From contig JAQGMN010000249.1 in NCBI GenBank assembly GCA_028292345.1, forward strand, positions 1 to 33,282: 33,282 nucleotides of DNA. The letters run 5' to 3'. A program made the position numbers and the translations under genes. Of the stretch, positions 27,431-33,282 are shown piece by piece; position 1 is the stretch's first letter, and the number at the start of each line of letters is the position of its first letter. This stretch comes from Polaromonas sp. (lineage in GTDB: Bacteria > Pseudomonadota > Gammaproteobacteria > Burkholderiales > Burkholderiaceae_C). Below the pieces are notes generated by a model. It did not search any database, was not told the DNA's origin, and saw nothing but the letters and a program-made list of their open reading frames with translations.

Positions 27431-27443
27431 CTGGCCCTTTTTC
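27409..27443 (+). terminator. Probable terminator after rplT
   Basis: AGGGCTAGAGC-TTGAAAAG-GCTCTGGCCCT followed by T run; its 5' arm comes from repeat copy F. Confidence 0.7.
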
Positions 27444-27530
27444 ATGGTCTTCTGTGTAGCGTGATTGTCATGCCCAAGTGACCGAAAGTAGCGCTGCTGT
27501 GTTTCTTCCTGCACCCGTACAAGAGAACTT

Positions 27531-28595
27531 ATGAACGACGCCGATACCCTCAATGAACTGATAACCACTGCCAAGGCCAACTTCGCGCAGTCTGTAACGC
27601 CCGCAGATCTGGAAAATGCCAAAGCGCAGTTTCTAGGCAAATCAGGCCGCATCACCGAATTCATGAAGGGTATGGCACAGCTTTCAGTCGAAGAGAAAAA
27701 GTCCCGCGGTGCTGCGGTCAATTTGGCCAAACAGGCCATTGTGACCGCATTGAACGAGCGTCGTCTTGCGCTTGCAAATGCAGAACTTGAAAAGCAGTTG
27801 AAAGCCGAGGCGCTCGATGTGACCCTTCCCGGCCGCCAGCGACCGCAGGGCGGCCTGCATCCCGTGTCGCTTACCCTGGAAAGGATTGAATCGATCTTCG
27901 GGTCCATGGGTTTTGACGTGGCGCAGGGTCCCGAGATTGAAACTGACTGGTTTAACTTTACGGCGCTCAATACACCTGAAGACCATCCGGCGCGATCGAT
28001 GCACGACACTTTCTATGTCGAGGGCGGTACTGAAAGCGCACCCAACCTGTTGCGCACCCATACCAGCCCCATGCAGATCCGCTATGCCGTCCAGCATGTC
28101 AAAAAGCACCGTGCACTGATTGATGCGGGCGGCCGTATGCCCGAAATTCGTGTGATTGCCCCGGGTCGTACTTACCGGGTCGACAGCGATGCGACACATT
28201 CACCCATGTTCCACCAATGCGAAGGGCTGTGGATTGGCGAGAACGTGAGCTTCAAGGATTTGAAGTTTGTTTTCACCGATTTTTGCCGCACCTTTTTTGA
28301 GAGCAATGATCTGGTACTCCGCTTTCGCCCCAGCTTCTTTCCGTTCACGGAGCCGAGCGCCGAAATCGACATTCAGTTCCATTCCGGACCGCTGTCGGGT
28401 CGCTGGCTCGAAGTGGCGGGATCGGGACAGGTTCACCCCAATGTGGTGCGCAACATGGGACTCGATCCTGAAAAATACATCGGTTTTGCCTTTGGCATGG
28501 GACCGGACCGGTTGACCATGCTGCGCTACGGCGTCAATGACCTGCGCCTGTTCTTTGATGGCGACATCCGCTTCCTGTCCCAGTTCCAGTCATAA
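27531..28595 (+). CDS. pheS: Phenylalanine--tRNA ligase alpha subunit
   Basis: [46 protein letters not shown]. Confidence 0.99.
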   Translation: MNDADTLNELITTAKANFAQSVTPADLENAKAQFLGKSGRITEFMKGMAQLSVEEKKSRGAAVNLAKQAIVTALNERRLALANAELEKQLKAEALDVTLPGRQRPQGGLHPVSLTLERIESIFGSMGFDVAQGPEIETDWFNFTALNTPEDHPARSMHDTFYVEGGTESAPNLLRTHTSPMQIRYAVQHVKKHRALIDAGGRMPEIRVIAPGRTYRVDSDATHSPMFHQCEGLWIGENVSFKDLKFVFTDFCRTFFESNDLVLRFRPSFFPFTEPSAEIDIQFHSGPLSGRWLEVAGSGQVHPNVVRNMGLDPEKYIGFAFGMGPDRLTMLRYGVNDLRLFFDGDIRFLSQFQS

Positions 28596-28631
28596 CAACA
28601 AGAACAGCAAACGAAAGAACAAGGCCACACC

Positions 28632-31058
28632 ATGCAATTTCCAGAATCCTGGTTGCGCGAATTTTGCAATCCACCGATCAGCACCGAGCAACTCGCTGAA
28701 ACCCTGACCATGGCCGGACTTGAAGTCGAAGAGCTCAAGCCGTTCGCTCCACCGTTCAACTTGATTGTGGTGGGTGAAATCATGGAAGCCATGCAGCATC
28801 CCAACGCCGACCGCCTGCGTGTGTGCCAGGTTGACGTGGGGCAAGCCAAGCTTCTCACCATCGTCTGTGGGGCACCCAATGCCCGGGTCGGCATCAAGGT
28901 GCCTTGCGCGCTGGTGGGCGCTGAACTGCCCCCTGGCGAAGATGGCAAGCCTTTCCTGATCAAGGTGGGCAAACTGCGCGGCGTTGAGAGCGAAGGCATG
29001 CTGTGCTCGGCGCGGGAACTCAAGCTTTCGGAAGACCATGGCGGCCTTCTGGAACTGGCGCCTGACGCACCGGTGGGGCTGGATATCCGCCAGCATCTCA
29101 AACTCGATGACACCTTGTTCACGCTCAAGCTCACACCCAATCTGGCGCATTGCCTGAGCATCTACGGGGTGGCGCGCGAGGTTGCGGCGCTGACCGGCGC
29201 ACCCTTGAATTCTCCGGCGTTTCCCATGGTGCAAGTCGGAAATCTGGAAAAACTGGCTGTCAGAATCAGCGCCCCCGACCTGTGTGGCCGCTTTTCGGGC
29301 CGAATCGTGCGCAACGTGAATCCGCAAGCGACGACACCATCATGGATGAGCGACCGCCTGGCGCGTTGCGGTCAGCGCAGCGTGACGGCACTGGTGGATA
29401 TTTCCAACTACGTGATGTTCGAACTGGGCCGCCCCAGCCACATCTTCGACCTCGACAAGATCCAGGGTGGACTGGACGTTCGCTGGGGCAAGCCGGGGGA
29501 GTCGCTCAAACTGCTGAACGGCAATACCGTCGTGGTCGATGAACGGGTCGGCGTGATCGCTGACGACCACCAGGTTGAATCGCTGGCCGGCATCATGGGG
29601 GGCGACGCCACAGCCGTGTCGGATGACACGAAAAATGTTTATGTTGAAGCTGCTTTCTGGTGGCCCAAAGCCATCGCAGGCCGTTCACGCCGCTACAACT
29701 TCTCCACCGATGCCGGTCACCGTTTCGAGCGTGGCGTAGACGCCGGGCAAACCGTGGAGCATATCGAACGCATTACCCAGCTCATCATCGACATTTGCGG
29801 AACGTCAGAAACGGTCTGTGGCCCTCTTGATGACCTTCAGGTCAATCTTCCAAAGGCCAAAGCGGTGACCTTGCGTGTGGCCCGTGCAGCCAAGATCATC
29901 GGGATGCCGCTGACGCAAGCGCAATGTCAGGATGCACTTGTGCGCCTGGGTCTCGATGTCAAGGCGGGCGAGGGCATGCTGACCGTTACGCCACCAAGCT
30001 ACCGTTTCGACCTGCAGATAGAGGAAGACCTGATTGAGGAGGTGGTGCGCATTGTCGGCTACGACCAGTTGCCGCAAACGCCGCCGCTGGCCCCCATCAC
30101 TGCGCGAATCCGCCCTGAAGCCGAACGCAGTCCGTTTGCCGTGCGTCGTGCCTTGGCGTCGCTTGGCTACCAGGAAACCATCAATTTCAGTTTTGTCGAA
30201 GCGCGCTGGGAGCACGAACTGGCTGGCAATCCCGATCCCATCAAACTGCTGAACCCGATTGCCAGCCAGATGAGTGTCATGCGTTCCTCGTTGCTGGGTT
30301 CGTTGCTGCAGGTGCTCAAGTTCAACCTGGACCGCAAGGCTTCCCGCGTGAATGTCTTTGAGTTGGGCCGGGTTTTTCTGCGCGACCCACAAATCCAGGA
30401 TACAGACACCGCCGTAGCAGGTTTCCACCAGCCCATGCGGGTTGCGGGTCTGGCCTACGGACCACGCGCTGCGTTGCATTGGGGTCAGCCTGACAAAGGA
30501 GTCGATTTTTTCGATGCCAAGGGAGATGTTGAAGCCTTGCTGGCACCGCTTCAAGCTGTTTTTGCGCCTGGCGCGCATCCCGCAATGCATCCGGGCCGCT
30601 GTGCCAGCGTATCCGTTGCCGGAATGCAGATCGGCTTTGTCGGTGAACTGCATCCGCAATGGCGACAAGGTCATGAACTGGCCCAGCCGCCCCTGCTGTT
30701 TGAACTCGAACTCGATGCGGTCCTGCAGCGTCAGGTGCCCGTTTTCAAGGCGGTCAGCAAGTTTCAGCCTGTCGAGCGCGATATTGCCGTGATCGTGCAG
30801 GAAAATGTGAGCCATGCAGACCTCATGTCAGCCATTCAAGATGCCAATACGCAGGGCTTGCTCAAGGGTGCTACCTTGTTCGATGTGTACCGTCCGCAAC
30901 ATGCCAATCTGCATGTCCCGTTGGGTGAAAAAAGTTTGGCGGTGCGCCTGATCCTTTCCAGCGATGTGGCAACCTTGACCGATGAATCGATCGATACAGC
31001 GGTTCAGGAAATTGTGGCAATGCTGCATGTCCGGTTCCAGGCCCGACTGCGCGCTTGA
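28632..31058 (+). CDS. pheT: Phenylalanine--tRNA ligase beta subunit
   Basis: HPNADRL, IVCGAPN, RGVESEGMLCS, RFERGVD, RFDLQIEEDLIEE, GELHP, FDVY. Confidence 0.99.
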   Translation: MQFPESWLREFCNPPISTEQLAETLTMAGLEVEELKPFAPPFNLIVVGEIMEAMQHPNADRLRVCQVDVGQAKLLTIVCGAPNARVGIKVPCALVGAELPPGEDGKPFLIKVGKLRGVESEGMLCSARELKLSEDHGGLLELAPDAPVGLDIRQHLKLDDTLFTLKLTPNLAHCLSIYGVAREVAALTGAPLNSPAFPMVQVGNLEKLAVRISAPDLCGRFSGRIVRNVNPQATTPSWMSDRLARCGQRSVTALVDISNYVMFELGRPSHIFDLDKIQGGLDVRWGKPGESLKLLNGNTVVVDERVGVIADDHQVESLAGIMGGDATAVSDDTKNVYVEAAFWWPKAIAGRSRRYNFSTDAGHRFERGVDAGQTVEHIERITQLIIDICGTSETVCGPLDDLQVNLPKAKAVTLRVARAAKIIGMPLTQAQCQDALVRLGLDVKAGEGMLTVTPPSYRFDLQIEEDLIEEVVRIVGYDQLPQTPPLAPITARIRPEAERSPFAVRRALASLGYQETINFSFVEARWEHELAGNPDPIKLLNPIASQMSVMRSSLLGSLLQVLKFNLDRKASRVNVFELGRVFLRDPQIQDTDTAVAGFHQPMRVAGLAYGPRAALHWGQPDKGVDFFDAKGDVEALLAPLQAVFAPGAHPAMHPGRCASVSVAGMQIGFVGELHPQWRQGHELAQPPLLFELELDAVLQRQVPVFKAVSKFQPVERDIAVIVQENVSHADLMSAIQDANTQGLLKGATLFDVYRPQHANLHVPLGEKSLAVRLILSSDVATLTDESIDTAVQEIVAMLHVRFQARLRA

Positions 31059-31100
31059 GCCTTCAATGCAGACCCATGCAAACAAACCATAGCCAGAAAG

Positions 31101-31472
31101 ATGCCCATGGAATTCTCTGTTGAAAGCCTGGAAACACCAGCGCTGACCAAAGCGCATCTGGCTGAGTTGCTGTTTGAGCAGATCGGGCTCAACAAACGCG
31201 AGTCCAAGGAAATGATCGATGCATTTTTCGAACTCATTTCGGAATGTTTGATTGAGGGCAAGGATGTGAAGATATCGGGATTTGGGAACTTTCAGATACG
31301 CACCAAGGCGCCCAGGCCCGGACGGAATCCGCGAACCGGCGAAACCATACCCATTGGGTCCAGAAGGGTGGTGACATTTCACGCGAGCCACAAGCTGAAG
31401 GACCAGATCCAGGGAACACCCAGCGGCGAAACCGAAATAGAAGCTCTTTTTGCAACGGTCAATACCGCGTGA
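31101..31472 (+). CDS. ihfA: Integration host factor alpha subunit
   Basis: LTKA, VKISGFGNF, RPGRNPRTGE, RRVVTF; follows pheT. Confidence 0.97.
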   Translation: MPMEFSVESLETPALTKAHLAELLFEQIGLNKRESKEMIDAFFELISECLIEGKDVKISGFGNFQIRTKAPRPGRNPRTGETIPIGSRRVVTFHASHKLKDQIQGTPSGETEIEALFATVNTA

Positions 31473-31543
31473 CATGACTTCCTGTGCGATGCCGCAGAAG
31501 TTGGAGTAGATTCGAAGCTTCTTTTCGAAGGGCATTGATTTAA

Positions 31544-32038
31544 TTGGAGAATTCCTTTCCTCCCATTCCTGAAAAACGCTATTTCACGATCAGCGAGGTT
31601 AGCAAGCTGTGCGGAGTAAAACCGCATGTCCTGCGTTATTGGGAGCAGGAGTTCACGCAATTGCGGCCCATGAAAAGGCGCGGCAATCGCCGCTACTACC
31701 AGCTTCACGAAGTGAAATTGATCCGCAAAATACGCCAACTGCTTTATGAGCAGGGATTCACCATTGTTGGAGCCCGGAATAAATTGCAGGAACTTTTGCC
31801 GGCTGCAATGGCCGAGCGGCTTGACAGTGAGCCCATGTTTTTGCCAACGGAATCTCAGGCCAAACAAAATGGCAACGCATCTTCTCGTTTTCCGAGCCCA
31901 TTTGAAGATGCAAGTGCAACTCAAGATATGACGGGCGATAGCGCTGTTGTTTCAGATTCGACAGCCGTCCGGCCACTTCTCTCACTGGTGCGCCAAGAAT
32001 TGATGAACATACGGGATCTGCTTGGACCAACCGGCTGA
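31544..32038 (+). CDS. MerR-family transcriptional regulator (conserved ihfA neighbour)
   Basis: KRYFTISEVSKLCGVKPHVLRYWEQEF, KRRGNRRYY, LLYEQGFTI; TTG start. Confidence 0.92.
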   Translation: MENSFPPIPEKRYFTISEVSKLCGVKPHVLRYWEQEFTQLRPMKRRGNRRYYQLHEVKLIRKIRQLLYEQGFTIVGARNKLQELLPAAMAERLDSEPMFLPTESQAKQNGNASSRFPSPFEDASATQDMTGDSAVVSDSTAVRPLLSLVRQELMNIRDLLGPTG

Positions 32039-32056
32039 TAAGGGTGTGCGTCAGGT

Positions 32057-32062
32057 TATAAT
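32057..32062 (+). promoter_or_regulatory. -10 box of the tRNA-Pro promoter
   Basis: TATAAT 11 nt upstream of the tRNA 5' end. Confidence 0.6.
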
Positions 32063-32073
32063 TTAAAACTTGT

Positions 32074-32150
32074 CGGTGTGTGGCGCAGCCTGGTAGCGCA
32101 CTTGCATGGGGTGCAAGGGGTCGAAGGTTCGAATCCTTTCACACCGACCA
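32074..32150 (+). tRNA. tRNA-Pro(GGG)
   Basis: Acceptor stem CGGTGTG/CACACCG, D arm GCGC-AGCCTGGTA-GCGC, anticodon arm CTTGC-ATGGGGT-GCAAG, GGTTCGAATCC T loop, encoded CCA; 77 nt. Confidence 0.97.
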
Positions 32151-32160
32151 TATGAATCAG

Positions 32161-32200
32161 GGACTTAGCTTCAAAAGGGGTTAAGTCCTTTCTTCTTTCT
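32161..32200 (+). terminator. Probable terminator after tRNA-Pro
   Basis: GGACTTAGCTTC-AAAA-GGGGTTAAGTCC (with G-U pairs) followed by a T-rich tract. Confidence 0.6.
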
Positions 32201-32411
32201 GGGTGTGGCTTGAAAATTTAGCCACCCCTTTAACCACACCGCTGAAATTGCTGGATGAGTTCGCCCTGCGCATTTCCGCTTGCTTGCAAGCTTAGTGCTG
32301 CCTTATTTGTGCTGCTGGGGTCGGTGTCGGCCAGCACGACCCTCACATGTTGAGGTTACCTGGTTTTCAGGCGCAAAATAGGTGTTTTTGCAACCCTTAG
32401 TGGAGTAGCGC

Positions 32412-32651
32412 ATGGAATACGGCCCTGAGCACGCCAAGGTCGTTCGCCAGGTTTTCGGCTACCAAGTCGAACTGCCCGTTGCGCGTCAAGTTGGTCTCCA
32501 CGAACCCCGCCGGAGCCTCAATCCCGAAGTCGGCAAGATTCCGCTCTACCTCAATCCGAACTACCGCGCTAAGCCCCAGTGGCTTCAGAACGCCATCTGC
32601 AAAATGCTGGACGTGCTCACGGGGGAGGCTTTTTCCGGGCGCAAACGCTGA
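32412..32651 (+). CDS. Hypothetical protein, 79 aa
   Basis: GGAG 6 nt before ATG; protein-like composition; no recognised motif. Confidence 0.4.
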   Translation: MEYGPEHAKVVRQVFGYQVELPVARQVGLHEPRRSLNPEVGKIPLYLNPNYRAKPQWLQNAICKMLDVLTGEAFSGRKR

Positions 32652-32801
32652 GCACTGGTCGAACACCCTATTCGCGTCACTCCCCTTCAGCACGCCGGCC
32701 TGATGGTGGTAGAAATTCTTAATGGCCTGGAAACCGTATGAATGCGCAATGATGGCGAAAGGCGTTTTCGCCGTAATGCCATTTCCGTACTAACCAAGCC
32801 A

Positions 32802-33080
32802 CTAACCTTCGTAGCAGTCCTTGCACGCCCCCCGCGCAGCGCTGAGCCTGTTCAATAAACCCTGCCCTAGCCAGCCGTGGTTATTGGCGTTGTTGTGTCC
32901 GGTTTCAAAGGCGGTAGTGTCGTCGGCCGTGCCGTGGTAAAGCCGTGCTGGACGGCCTTGCGAATCAAGGGGTCCGTGTCTTCCGCTGTCCAGGGCGCCC
33001 CTTCCGGCAGATTGTCCAGCCAGTCCCTGAGTTCCTTTGACGGTTGTTGTGTTGCCATTTGCAGGATTTTGCATCCGCAA
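32802..33080 (-). pseudogene. Fragment of an ADP-ribosyltransferase-like domain (ART-PolyVal-like, phage/plasmid polyvalent protein)
   Basis: LDSQGRPARLYHGTADDTTAF...GWLGQG matches the DxxGxP-xxYHGT...F...GxxGxG(xY) pattern; the expected aromatic strand after GQG is lost, suggesting a frameshift or truncation. Confidence 0.55.
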
Positions 33081-33100
33081 CCATCTTTTCGCTCAGTAGC

Positions 33101-33282
33101 CTTCCTAAGAAACACCAGCCTCCGTCGGCTGCAAGGAGAACCCGAAGTGCGCAGTACGGCGCTGGAGCTGCTTGACCACGCGCTCGCGGTATCGCTGCTC
33201 GTATTGATCGGCACCAGGATCGTCGTAGTTCAAGCCGAACCGGATCGCGCGATAGAGCAGTATTGCGATCTTGCGAGCCGTC
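33101..33282 (-). mobile_element. 3' end of an IS110-family transposase gene and probable element end (partial)
   Basis: Minus frame 33281-33105, absent from the ORF track, reads TARKIAILLYRAIRFGLNYDDPGADQYEQRYRERVVKQLQRRTAHFGFSLQPTEAGVS*, the ARK-helix plus tail typical of IS110 transposase C-termini. Confidence 0.8.

Noticed and set aside
27444-27530. Possible pheM-like Phe-rich leader before pheS
   Set aside because: The small ORFs here (MVFCVA, MPK) are not Phe-rich and no terminator follows them.
1-33282. CRISPR array or rRNA
   Set aside because: No regularly spaced repeat-spacer array or rRNA-like sequence seen; the GCTAT repeat copies are kilobases apart.

Overview
GC-rich betaproteobacterial chromosome segment; gene order and repeats suggest Comamonadaceae (Polaromonas/Rhodoferax-like, inference). 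Left to right: a 5'-truncated PAS hybrid histidine kinase; lgt; a malonate cluster (GntR regulator, matA, Bug/TctC-type binding protein, atypical crotonase, matB); an EamA/DMT transporter; an apparently inserted minus-strand three-gene cassette (MoaD/CysO-like ubiquitin-fold sulfur carrier, MoeZ-type E1-rhodanese, divergent CapD-like NDP-sugar SDR); a gamma-glutamylation putrescine pathway with potFGHI; aceA; the thrS-infC-rpmI-rplT-pheS-pheT-ihfA-merR-tRNA-Pro(GGG) block; and the decayed edge of an integrated element (att-arm-like repeats, orphan ORF, ADP-ribosyltransferase-like fragment, 3' end of an IS110 transposase). Best candidate for an undescribed system is the sulfur-carrier/E1-rhodanese/sugar-SDR cassette (possible thio-sugar chemistry). 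Also notable are a ~58-bp dispersed repeat with six gaplessly alignable copies, two of them in frame inside genes, and a Thr-rich leader-peptide attenuator before thrS. All calls come from reading motifs by eye; no searches were run.
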